Of a DNA stretch of 64,000 nt, positions 36,232 through 45,957 are shown piece after piece. The first letter of the stretch is position 1. Each line of letters begins with the position of its first letter. Source of the stretch: Betaproteobacteria bacterium (GTDB lineage Bacteria > Pseudomonadota > Gammaproteobacteria > Burkholderiales > SG8-41); contig OMIN01000152.1 in assembly GCA_900299145.1 (NCBI GenBank), positions 14,886 to 78,885 on the forward strand. The letters are read 5' to 3'. Made by a program: the position numbers and the translations under genes. The notes below the pieces were generated by a model. It saw only the letters and a list, made by a program, of their open reading frames with translations, searched no databases and was not told where the DNA came from.

Positions 36232-39200
36232 ATGAGCATCGCCGCCCCGTCTTCCACCCCAACTGGCTTGCTGCGGCGACTGCTGCGGCCGTTGATCGGC
36301 GATGTGCAATGGCTGGCGCCGGGATGGTTGCGAGGACTGGGTAACGCGGCAGGCTTCTTTGCGATGGCGTTTTCAAGCTGGGTGCGCTCCGACATGCGGC
36401 GCGCCGCGATTGCGGGCGGCGTGGGCCTGGCGCTCATCGCCGGTGGCGTGGCGGGCAAGGCATGGTACGACCGTTTACCCAAGCCGCATGAGGTAACGGT
36501 GGAGGTCGTCACGCCTGACCCGACGCCGGTAGATCAGCCTAATGCCAAGCCCGATCCGTTGATGATCAAATTCAGCGAGTCGGCGGCCACCCTAGCGGGC
36601 GTGGGCAAGGATGTCACGACGGGCATTGAGGTCGAGCCACGAATTGACGGCACATGGAAGTGGGCTGACGACCGCACGCTGACGCTGACGCCGAAAACCG
36701 ATTGGCCGGTCGGCACCGAAGTTGTGGTGACGCTGGCAAAGAAAGGTTTGTTCGCCGAGCACGTGCGGCTTCAGGATTACCGCGTGAAATTCACCACCGC
36801 GCCGTTCGTGGCGAAAATCACCGAAGCGCAGTTTTATCAGGACCCCGCCGACCCCGCGTCGAAGAAAATCGTCGCCACGGTGAACTTCACCCACCCGGTG
36901 GATGCGGCCGATTTTGAAAAGCGCGTCGTGCTGCGCGAGGAGGGCAAGGATGGAGTGATCCTGGGCCTGGGTGCGGACGACAAAAAATTCAAGGTGACTT
37001 ACGACAAATTCAAGGTCAATGCCTACATTCATTCCGAGCCGATGCCGATTCCGCCGCAGCCGGTGAAAATCGCCGTCACCGTCGAAGCGGGTGCGAAATC
37101 GTCGCGCGGCGGCAACGGCATCACGGCGCCGGTGAAACAGTCCGTCACGGTGCCCGGCCTTTACAGCCTGGCGCTGCAGGGGATGTCGCTGACGCTGGCG
37201 GAAAATGAACGGTTGGAGCCGGATCGCATTTTGATGGTGAACCTGTCCGCCGATACGCACGAAAAGGAAGTTGCGGGCAAGGTGCGCGCATGGGTACTGC
37301 CGCTGCATCACCCGAACACCAAACCGGAGGAACGGAAGCAACCCTTCGCGTGGAACAACCCGCAGCAGATTGGCCCGGAAGTGCTGGCGCAGTCTGAACC
37401 ATTGAAACTCGAAGCCGTGCCCGCTGAGCGAGAGCATGTGCAGCAGCACGGCTTCAAATACAACGCCGAGGCCGGCCGCTATGTGTATGTGAAAGTCGAG
37501 AAGGGCATGAAGTCCTTCGGCGGCTACCTGATGGAAAAGGAGCGCGATGGCATCATGCGCGTGCAGCGTTACCCACGCCAGTTGCGCATAGCCTCCCAAG
37601 GCGCGCTGCTGGCGCTGTCGGGCGAAAAGAAACTTGCTGTGCTGGTGCGCGACGTGGAAGGCATCCGCTTTGAAGTGGGGCGCTTGCTGCCGCAGCAGTT
37701 GCAGCATCTGGTTACCATGTCTGATGGCGGCTTTGCCAAACCGAATTTCGACAAGGGCTTTGACGACGACAATCTGGCCGAGCGCTACACACAGGTTGAA
37801 GACGCGCCGCCCAGCGAGCCCGGTAAGCCGAACTATCTTGCGCTCGACCTCGGCAAATATCTCGATGGGGAAGGTGGAAGGCGCGGCATTTTCTTCGTCA
37901 AGGTCGAAAGCTATGATCAGAAAAACAAGCGTACCACCGGCGCGGTCGATAAACGGCTGGTCGTGGTCACCGACCTGGGCATGGTGGTAAAGCGCGCGAT
38001 TGATGGTTCGCAGGATGTGTTTGTGCAGTCGATTGCAACCGGCCAGCCGGTGGCGGGCACGGCCATCGAAGTGCTGGGCCGCAACGGGCAGGTGATCGCC
38101 TCGCAAACGACGGACGCCGCCGGGCGCGCCCGGTTGCCGGACTTCGCGGGCTTTACCCGTGAGAAAGCACCTGCGGTGTATGTGGCGCGCAAGGCAGGTG
38201 ACACCTCGTTCCTGCCGTATGAACGCAACGACCGCGTGATCGACTTTTCGCGCTTCGATGTCGGCGGCGTCAACAGCAGCGCGGATGCGGGCAAGCTGTC
38301 GGCGTTTCTGTTTTCGGATCGCGGCATTTACCGGCCGGGGGAGGAAATTCGCGTTGGCATGATCGTCAAGGCGGCTGACTGGGCGAGCCGAATCACCGGC
38401 GCGCCGCTGGAATATGAACTGACCGACGCGCGAGGGCTGGTGCTACGCAAGGACAAAATCAAACTTTCGGCGAGCGGCTTCGAGGAAGTGCGCCACGCCA
38501 CGCAGGACACCTCGCCCACCGGTGACTACACCGTGTCGCTCTACATCGTAAAGGATGGCCAGCGCGACAGCCAGTTGGGATCGGTGACGGTGAAGGTGCA
38601 AGAATTCATGCCGGACCGGCTGAAAATGAGCGCACGCTTTAGCCGCGAATCGATTGAGGGCTGGGTGACACCGCAGGACTTGAAGGCGAATGTGTCGTTG
38701 CAAAATCTGTTTGGCACGCCCGCCGAGGCACGCCGCGTGACGGCGACCATGACTTTGCAGCCCGCGTTGTTGTCGTTCCCGAAGTATCGTGACTATCAAT
38801 TCTACGACCCGCAGTTCGCTAAAGAAGGTTTTGCCGAGCCGTTGTCTGATAGCAAAACCAACGACAAAGGCGAAGTTGAACTGGATTTGAACCTCGCGCG
38901 ATTCGCCAAGGCCACGTACCGATTGCATCTGGTCACGCAGGGCTTTGAGGCCGACGGTGGGCGCGGTGTGTCGGCGGAAGCGGCGACTCTGGTGTCGAAC
39001 ATGCCGTTCCTCGTGGGCTACAAGGCCGACGGCGATCTGAATTATGTGTCGCGGGCCAGCAAACGCAGTGTGGAGCTGATTGCCATTGACCCGAAGGCCG
39101 CGAAAACCGACGCCAGGGATTTGAAGCTGATTCACTTCGAGCGCAAGTTTGTGTCGGTGCTGACCAAACAGGCCAACAATACCTACAAATACGAATCGCG

Positions 39201-42081
39201 TGAAAAGCGCATTCAGCTTGATGAAAAGCCGTTCACCATCGCTGCTGCGGGTGCGAAAGTGGCGTTGGCCACTGACGCGCCGGGCAGTTACGCCTATGTC
39301 GTGCGCGACGCGGTGGGGCAGGACTTGGCGCGCGTGTCATATGAAGTGGCGGGTGCGGCGAACCTTACGCGCTCGCTGGAGAAAAACGCTGAGTTGCAGG
39401 TAAAGCTCAGCAAAAAAGACTTTGCGGCAGGCGAAGACATCGAACTGTCGATACAAGCGCCGTATGTCGGCTCGGGCCTTATCACTATCGAGCGGGAGCG
39501 CGTCTTTGCGCACGCGTGGTTCACCAGCAAGACCACGGCCTCCACGCAGAAGATCACGTTACCCAAGGATTTCGAGGGCAACGGTTACGTGACGGTGACG
39601 TTCATCCGCGATGCAGGATCGGATGAAATTTACGCGAGTCCGCTAGCTTACGGCGTGCAACCTTTTTCGGTGAATCTGGACCGCCGCAAACTCAAAGCCA
39701 CGGTGAAGGCCCCCGACCTGGTGAAGCCCGGCGACACCATCAAATTCAGGCACTCGACCAATCAGCCGTCGCGTATCGTGGTATTCGCGGTGGATGAAGG
39801 CATTCTGCGGGTGGCGCGTTACAAGACGGCAGATCCGCTGGGTTTCTTTTTCCAGAAGCGCGCGCTGGAGGTGAAAACCTTCCAGATACTTGATTTGGTT
39901 TTGCCGGAATTTAAGCGCTTCATGGCGGCGGCTGCGCCCGGCGGCGACGGCGATGGCGCGCTGGGCAAGCATCTGAATCCGTTCAAGCGTAAGAACGACA
40001 AACCGGCAGCGTATTGGTCGGGCATTATCGAAAGCGGCCCGCAGGAGCGCGAACTCACGTGGCAGGTGCCGGAAACCTTTAACGGCACGCTGCGGGTGAT
40101 GGCGGTGGCGGTGAACGAGGATTCCATCGGCGTGTTCGAGAAGAAAACCTTGTCTCGTGGCGACTTTGTGTTGTCACCGAACGCGCCGTTGACGGTGACA
40201 CCGGGCGATGAATTCGATGTAAGCGTCGGCGTGGCGAACAACGTGGCAGGTTCGGGTGCGGATGCGCAGATCGCGGTGACGCTGGCGGCTTCGCCGCATC
40301 TGGAAATCGTGGGTGCCGCGATCAACACCATCAAAGTGGGCGAACTGCGCGAAGGTGTCACCAGCTTCAAGGTGCGCGTGAAGGACGAATTGGGCGCGGG
40401 GACGCTGAACTTCAGCGCGGCTGGCATGAACAAGAGCGCAAAGCTGGGTACCAGCATCAGCGTGCGTCCGGCACAGCCGCATATCACGTTGCTGACTGCG
40501 GGCATTGTACGCAATGGAACAGCCGAAGCGCCGGTGACGCGCAATCTGTATCCGCACTATCGCAAGCTGGAGGCGAGCATTTCGCATGTGCCGTTGGCGC
40601 TGGCGCATGGCCTCACGGCGTATCTGCAAGGCTTCCAGTATTCGTGCACCGAGCAACTGGTGAGCATGGGCATGCCTGCGCTGGTGCTTGGCAACCGGCC
40701 GGAATTTGGTTATGTGAAATCGAAGGACTACAAAACGCTTGACGATCTGATTAACGTGCTACGAGGCCGGCAAAACGGCGAGGGCGCGTTTGGTCTGTGG
40801 GCGGCGAATGCGCACGTGGTGGATTATGTGTCGGTCTACGCCATGCACTTTTTGATTGAGGCGCGCGAGCGGGGCCGTGCTGTGCCCAATGACATAATTG
40901 TCAATGGAAACAATTACTTACGATCATTGGCCAGCAACGACAGCGGCACACTCGCCGACGAACGCACACGCGCCTACGCCATCTATGTGCTGACGCGGCA
41001 GGGCATAGTCACCACCAACTTTGCGGCGGCGGTGCAAAAGCGGTTGGAAACGAATCACCCCAAGGTGTACGCGCAGGACATTGCCACCGCCTACCTTGCC
41101 GCAAGTTATCAGTTGATGAAGCAACAGCGGCTGGCGGATCAGTTGATTGCCGGCGTGACGTTTGAAAAGCGCCCCGCAGACGGTGGAGCCTACATTGACA
41201 CACTCACGTCCAACGGCAAATTGCTGGATGTCCTCGCGCGGCATTTCCCCGAGCGGCTGGCGAAGGTTTCGCCCAGTGTGGTGGAAAGCATGCTGAAGGA
41301 CATTGCCGCAGGCGGTTACAACACGCACTCTGCCGGCAACGCGATACTGGCGTTTGATGCTATGGCGGCTGCAAGTGAAAAGCTGCCGCCGGGCACCTTG
41401 GCCGCCGCCGAAGTGCTGCGCAATAACAACACGCGCGGGTTGGTTCTGCCTCCGAATGCCGTGCCTCGTGCCAGTTTCTCGGTGGACGCGGCGAAGCTGC
41501 AATTCACCAACAAGGCGAATCTGCCCGCGTATTACGTGGTCGAGCAAACCGGTTTCGAGCGCGGCCTGCCGGAGAAAGAAATCAAGAATAGCCTTGAAAT
41601 CCTGCGCGAGTATGTCGATGCCAAGGGCAATCCGGTGAAATCGGTGAAGGTTGGCGACGAAATTGAAGTGCGGTTGAGGTTCCGCGTCATTGGCCGCGAG
41701 GGTGTGGACAACGCGGCGCTGGTGGATTTGTTGCCCGGCGGATTTGATCTGGTGCTGAACACTGCGCCCGCGCAGCAACAGGAGGGTGAAGGTGAGGGAC
41801 GGGAAGGACGCGGTGAAGCGGAAAACCGCAAGTGGCGCGCGCCGATTGGGATCAAGGGCACGCAGCAGCGTCCGATATGGCAGCCTGACTACGCAGACCT
41901 GCGCGAAGACCGTGTGGTGCTCTACGGTTCAGTCAGCAAGGACATCCAGGAATTCGCCTACCGCATCAAGGCCACCAACACTGGTACGTTTGTGGTGCCG
42001 CCGGCGTACGGCGAGTCGATGTATGAGCGCAGTGTACAGGCGCGGTCGCTGGGGGCGAAGATGACGGTGGAAAAGCGCTAG
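36232..42081 (+). CDS. Bacterial alpha-2-macroglobulin-family protein (1949 aa), thioester type
   Basis: Very large MG-domain protein. CTEQ thioester motif at 40645-40656 (FQYSCTEQLV). Followed by pbpC, as in yfhM-pbpC operons. N-terminal TM anchor. Confidence 0.9.
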   Translation: MSIAAPSSTPTGLLRRLLRPLIGDVQWLAPGWLRGLGNAAGFFAMAFSSWVRSDMRRAAIAGGVGLALIAGGVAGKAWYDRLPKPHEVTVEVVTPDPTPVDQPNAKPDPLMIKFSESAATLAGVGKDVTTGIEVEPRIDGTWKWADDRTLTLTPKTDWPVGTEVVVTLAKKGLFAEHVRLQDYRVKFTTAPFVAKITEAQFYQDPADPASKKIVATVNFTHPVDAADFEKRVVLREEGKDGVILGLGADDKKFKVTYDKFKVNAYIHSEPMPIPPQPVKIAVTVEAGAKSSRGGNGITAPVKQSVTVPGLYSLALQGMSLTLAENERLEPDRILMVNLSADTHEKEVAGKVRAWVLPLHHPNTKPEERKQPFAWNNPQQIGPEVLAQSEPLKLEAVPAEREHVQQHGFKYNAEAGRYVYVKVEKGMKSFGGYLMEKERDGIMRVQRYPRQLRIASQGALLALSGEKKLAVLVRDVEGIRFEVGRLLPQQLQHLVTMSDGGFAKPNFDKGFDDDNLAERYTQVEDAPPSEPGKPNYLALDLGKYLDGEGGRRGIFFVKVESYDQKNKRTTGAVDKRLVVVTDLGMVVKRAIDGSQDVFVQSIATGQPVAGTAIEVLGRNGQVIASQTTDAAGRARLPDFAGFTREKAPAVYVARKAGDTSFLPYERNDRVIDFSRFDVGGVNSSADAGKLSAFLFSDRGIYRPGEEIRVGMIVKAADWASRITGAPLEYELTDARGLVLRKDKIKLSASGFEEVRHATQDTSPTGDYTVSLYIVKDGQRDSQLGSVTVKVQEFMPDRLKMSARFSRESIEGWVTPQDLKANVSLQNLFGTPAEARRVTATMTLQPALLSFPKYRDYQFYDPQFAKEGFAEPLSDSKTNDKGEVELDLNLARFAKATYRLHLVTQGFEADGGRGVSAEAATLVSNMPFLVGYKADGDLNYVSRASKRSVELIAIDPKAAKTDARDLKLIHFERKFVSVLTKQANNTYKYESREKRIQLDEKPFTIAAAGAKVALATDAPGSYAYVVRDAVGQDLARVSYEVAGAANLTRSLEKNAELQVKLSKKDFAAGEDIELSIQAPYVGSGLITIERERVFAHAWFTSKTTASTQKITLPKDFEGNGYVTVTFIRDAGSDEIYASPLAYGVQPFSVNLDRRKLKATVKAPDLVKPGDTIKFRHSTNQPSRIVVFAVDEGILRVARYKTADPLGFFFQKRALEVKTFQILDLVLPEFKRFMAAAAPGGDGDGALGKHLNPFKRKNDKPAAYWSGIIESGPQERELTWQVPETFNGTLRVMAVAVNEDSIGVFEKKTLSRGDFVLSPNAPLTVTPGDEFDVSVGVANNVAGSGADAQIAVTLAASPHLEIVGAAINTIKVGELREGVTSFKVRVKDELGAGTLNFSAAGMNKSAKLGTSISVRPAQPHITLLTAGIVRNGTAEAPVTRNLYPHYRKLEASISHVPLALAHGLTAYLQGFQYSCTEQLVSMGMPALVLGNRPEFGYVKSKDYKTLDDLINVLRGRQNGEGAFGLWAANAHVVDYVSVYAMHFLIEARERGRAVPNDIIVNGNNYLRSLASNDSGTLADERTRAYAIYVLTRQGIVTTNFAAAVQKRLETNHPKVYAQDIATAYLAASYQLMKQQRLADQLIAGVTFEKRPADGGAYIDTLTSNGKLLDVLARHFPERLAKVSPSVVESMLKDIAAGGYNTHSAGNAILAFDAMAAASEKLPPGTLAAAEVLRNNNTRGLVLPPNAVPRASFSVDAAKLQFTNKANLPAYYVVEQTGFERGLPEKEIKNSLEILREYVDAKGNPVKSVKVGDEIEVRLRFRVIGREGVDNAALVDLLPGGFDLVLNTAPAQQQEGEGEGREGRGEAENRKWRAPIGIKGTQQRPIWQPDYADLREDRVVLYGSVSKDIQEFAYRIKATNTGTFVVPPAYGESMYERSVQARSLGAKMTVEKR
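40894..40920 (-). repeat. AT-rich element, copy 13 (inside the A2M CDS, in frame)
   Basis: ATAATTGTCAATGGAAACAATTACTTA. Together with the following CGA, the 16-nt string AAACAATTACTTACGA (40908-40923) is identical to copy 4 read in reverse. Encodes IIVNGNNYLR. Confidence 0.65.
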
Positions 42082-42090
42082 GAACGGGCG

Positions 42091-44472
42091 ATGCGCATCC
42101 GGTTGTCGCGGCATTGGGCAATTGCGATCACGTTGTTGTGCGTGATCGCCTCCGCGCTCGCGGTTATCCGATTGTGGCCCAAGCCGTCGATTGCCCGGCA
42201 CTATACCTCCTCCACCGCCGTCTACGACGCCCGTGGCCAACTGCTGCGCCTGACGCTGGCGAAGGACGACCGCTATCGCCTGTGGCTGCCGCTGGAATCG
42301 ATTTCACCGGAAATCATTGAAGCGTTTCTGTTGCAGGAAGACCGCTGGTTTTACCTGCACCTGGGCGTGAACCCGTTGGCGTTGGCGCGCGGCGGCTGGC
42401 GCACGTATGTGACGCGCGAGCCGCGTCAGGGTGGTTCCACCATCACCATGCAATTGGCACGCTTGATGGATCGCAATCAGTCGCGCAGTCTGGGTGGCAA
42501 AGTGAAACAGATTGCACGCGCGCTGCAATTGGAAGTCCAGTATTCCAAGCGCGAGATTCTGGAGGCGTATCTGAACCTTGTGCCCTATGGCGCGAACATC
42601 GAGGGCGTGGGAGCGGCCAGCCTGATTCACTTTGGCAAATCGACACGGGCGCTGTCGCTGCCGGAAACGCTGACACTGGCGGTGATTCCGCAGGCGCCGG
42701 CCAAGCGCACGCTGGGGCGCACAGCGGGTGGTGCGCAAGCGCGCACGCAGGAACAGGCTGACAGTACGTCGCTGACAGGCGCGCGGCTGAGATTGTTCGA
42801 CCGCTGGCTAGCGCGTCACCCGTCCGCCGCCTCGCAAGCCGGGTTGATGAAGCTCGCTCTGAATCTGCGGGGAGCCAATCAGTTGCCGTTTTACGCGCCG
42901 CACACGGTGAACCAGCTGGTGGCGCGGGGTGCGAGCGATGGCGAGTCACGTGAAATTCACACCACGCTCGATCTCAAATTGCAGCGCACGCTGGAACGGC
43001 AAATACACCGCTACGTCGAACGCCAGCGCCGCATCGGCATTGAAAACGCCACGGCGATGTTGATCGACTATCGCACCATGGAAGTCAAAGCCGTTGTCGG
43101 TTCCGCGGCGTTTCACAATACGGCGATCAACGGGCAGGTGAACGGCACGCTCGCCAAGCGCTCGCCGGGTTCGACGTTGAAGCCTTTTATCTATGCGCTG
43201 GCGATGGATCAGGGCCTGATACATCCGCTGTCGGTGCTGAAGGATTCCCCGGCGGCGTTCGGCCCCTTCAGCCCGGAGAATTTTGACGGCACGTTCATCG
43301 GTCCGGTGACCGCACGCGACGCCTTGATCCGCAGCCGCAATGTGCCGGCGGTGGGGTTGGCGGCGAAGCTGTCGCAGCCGTCGCTGTATGATTTTCTAAA
43401 GCGCGCTGGCGTGTCGCGCATGGCGAGTGAAAAGCACTACGGTCTTTCATTGGCGCTGGGCGGCGGTGATGTGTCGATGGAAGAACTGGTCACTTTGTAT
43501 GGCGCGCTGGCAAATCGGGGCGTGCTGAAGCCATTGCACTATCGCAAGGCTGCTGGTGAAAAGGAATCCGCCGTTGACGGCATCCGTCTCATTTCCGAAG
43601 AAGCCAGCTTCATGACCCTCGACATCCTGCGTGGCAACCCGCGCCCGGAAGGCACTATAGCGGGTACGCGCGCCTCGATTCCCGTTGCGTGGAAAACCGG
43701 CACCTCGTGGGGGTTTCGTGATGCGTGGTCGGCGGGCATTTTCGGGCCGTATGTGCTGGCGGTGTGGATCGGCCGCTTTGACGGCGAAGGCAATCCCGCT
43801 TACGTGGGCGTGCAGGCGGCCGCACCTCTGTTTTTTCAGATCGTTGACGCCATTGCCGCCGAGGATCGCGCGCTGGCAGAACCGGTGTTTCGCAATCCCC
43901 CGAACCTCACGCGCGTGGAAGTGTGCGCGGCTTCGGGCGATCTGCCCAATGTGCATTGCCCGATGAAGGCGACAACGTGGTTCGTGCCCGGCAAATCGCC
44001 GATTCGTGTGAGCGATGTGCACCGCGCGGTGATGATCGATACGCGCACCGGCCGCGTGGCCTGCCCACCGTATGAGCAAGGCCGCGTGCAGCAGGTAGTG
44101 TACGAATACTGGCCGTCCGACTTGATGCGCCTATATGCGCAGGCCGGCGTGCCGCGCCGCGCGCCGCCGTCGGGCGATTGCGGTTCATCCAACTCTGGCG
44201 GCACGCCACCCGCGATCAGTGCGCCGGTGCGTGGTGCGGCCTACGTGATGCGCACCTCGCAACCGGAGCGTAACGTGGTGCCGCTCGCCGCCACTGCCGA
44301 GGGCGGCGTCAACACGCTGTACTGGTTCGCCAACGACAGCTTTGTCACCGCAGGCAAGCCCGGCATCGCTTTGCCGTGGAAGCCTGCGCAGCCGGGGCGT
44401 TATTTGCTTCGGGTGGTGGATGAACAGGGGCGGGCGGATTCGCGGGAAGTGGTGGTGATGGCGGCACCCTGA
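42091..44472 (+). CDS. pbpC: Penicillin-binding protein 1C
   Basis: Glycosyltransferase motifs (EDRWFY, GGSTITMQLAR), transpeptidase motif SPGSTLKPF and a C-terminal PbpC domain. Confidence 0.9.
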   Translation: MRIRLSRHWAIAITLLCVIASALAVIRLWPKPSIARHYTSSTAVYDARGQLLRLTLAKDDRYRLWLPLESISPEIIEAFLLQEDRWFYLHLGVNPLALARGGWRTYVTREPRQGGSTITMQLARLMDRNQSRSLGGKVKQIARALQLEVQYSKREILEAYLNLVPYGANIEGVGAASLIHFGKSTRALSLPETLTLAVIPQAPAKRTLGRTAGGAQARTQEQADSTSLTGARLRLFDRWLARHPSAASQAGLMKLALNLRGANQLPFYAPHTVNQLVARGASDGESREIHTTLDLKLQRTLERQIHRYVERQRRIGIENATAMLIDYRTMEVKAVVGSAAFHNTAINGQVNGTLAKRSPGSTLKPFIYALAMDQGLIHPLSVLKDSPAAFGPFSPENFDGTFIGPVTARDALIRSRNVPAVGLAAKLSQPSLYDFLKRAGVSRMASEKHYGLSLALGGGDVSMEELVTLYGALANRGVLKPLHYRKAAGEKESAVDGIRLISEEASFMTLDILRGNPRPEGTIAGTRASIPVAWKTGTSWGFRDAWSAGIFGPYVLAVWIGRFDGEGNPAYVGVQAAAPLFFQIVDAIAAEDRALAEPVFRNPPNLTRVEVCAASGDLPNVHCPMKATTWFVPGKSPIRVSDVHRAVMIDTRTGRVACPPYEQGRVQQVVYEYWPSDLMRLYAQAGVPRRAPPSGDCGSSNSGGTPPAISAPVRGAAYVMRTSQPERNVVPLAATAEGGVNTLYWFANDSFVTAGKPGIALPWKPAQPGRYLLRVVDEQGRADSREVVVMAAP

Positions 44473-44494
44473 GATAGTTTCGGGTTGTCGCCTT

Positions 44495-45745
44495 TTACTT
44501 CACCCCCAACCGCGCATAAGCCTGCCCCAACTCCTGACGTATGACGCCATGCCGTGAAGCCAGCATCAGAGCCCCCACTGCACAGCACAGGCCGGAAGTC
44601 GTCAGCGTGGCCGCGACACCAATCTTGTCAGCCAACGCGCCGGCCGCCAGTGCACCGAAGGGAGCAACGCCCATGAAGCTGACGGTGTAAAGGCTCATCA
44701 CGCGGCCGCGTTTATCTTCGTCGACTATCGCCTGCACGATCATGTTGACGGACACCGAGGTGACTAGAATACCGAAGCCGGTGATCGCGAGCAGCGGCAG
44801 CGCGAACCAGACGATTTTCACATGGGCGACCAGTGCCAGTGCCGCGCCCGCCGCGAGGGCGGCCCAGGTGAGCAGGCGCACGAGGCCGCGCACGCTGGAA
44901 CGGCTGGCAAGGAATAGCGTGCCCGCCACCGCGCCCAGCCCCGCCGAGCCGACGAGAAAGCCCATCTGCTGCGCGCCGCCTTGAAACACTTCACGCACCA
45001 GCACCGGCATCAGGCTGATATAGGGCGTGCCGAGCAGGCCCAGCGTGGTGATCAGCAGCAACAGCGAGCGGATGGGCAACGAGTGCCACACATAGGCCAC
45101 GCCTTCGCGCATGCCCTGCAGCATGGCCTGATGATTCGCCGCGCGCTCGGTGGGCGTTACATGGATAAACATGAAGCTGATGATCACCGCGCTGTAGCTG
45201 ACCGCGTTAATGGCGAAGCACGCCGATTCGCCGAGCCAACCGATGACAAGGCCGGCGAGCGCTGGGCCGAGCAGCCGCCCGCAATTGGCCATCAGCGAAG
45301 TCACCGCGATGGCGTTGGGCAGATCGGCCTTGTCGCCGACCAGCTCCAGCAGATACGCATGGCGCACCGGCAGCTCCACCGAAATCAGCACGCCCATCAG
45401 CATCGACAGTGCGATGATGTGCCACGGCTGCAGGTTGCCTGTGAGCGCCAGTGTGGCGAGCGTGATCGCTTGCGCCATTTCCAGCACCTGGGTGGCGAAC
45501 ATCACGCGGTGCAGATTGCAGCGGTCGGACCAGATGCCGGCGAACGGCGACAGCAGCAAAATCGGTAAGCTGCCGGCGAAGCCGAGCAGGCCGAGCAGCG
45601 TGGCCGAATCCGTCATTTTGTAAAGCAGCCACGATTGCGCAATGCTCTGCATCCAGTATCCCACCAACGCAAACGCCTGCCCGGAAATAAAAAGGCGAAA
45701 GTTGCGGTGATGTAGCGCGCGCAGTGTCGGCAAGGGGTTTTTCAC
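44495..45745 (-). CDS. MFS transporter (EntS/MFS_3-like)
   Basis: 416-aa ORF with about 12 TM segments and a typical N-terminus (FRLFISGQAFALVGYWMQ). Confidence 0.85.
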   Translation of the reverse strand: MKNPLPTLRALHHRNFRLFISGQAFALVGYWMQSIAQSWLLYKMTDSATLLGLLGFAGSLPILLLSPFAGIWSDRCNLHRVMFATQVLEMAQAITLATLALTGNLQPWHIIALSMLMGVLISVELPVRHAYLLELVGDKADLPNAIAVTSLMANCGRLLGPALAGLVIGWLGESACFAINAVSYSAVIISFMFIHVTPTERAANHQAMLQGMREGVAYVWHSLPIRSLLLLITTLGLLGTPYISLMPVLVREVFQGGAQQMGFLVGSAGLGAVAGTLFLASRSSVRGLVRLLTWAALAAGAALALVAHVKIVWFALPLLAITGFGILVTSVSVNMIVQAIVDEDKRGRVMSLYTVSFMGVAPFGALAAGALADKIGVAATLTTSGLCCAVGALMLASRHGVIRQELGQAYARLGVK

Positions 45746-45957
45746 GGGAGTGATGCGGCGTGGCGATGCGTAGGGGCGGGGCGAGAGGGAGCCGGGTAAG
45801 GCGGTGCGTCAGTTATCCGGCATTGTACGTTCCTTCGCGCTGCCATCGCGCCACCATCGAACCAGCGTCGTGCGATACAATCGGGCACTCTGATGATCCC
45901 GACAGTCGAACCCTTTTTGGCCTGCTCCACCGGGCCCGCGTGCGTGCAGGGGTACGC

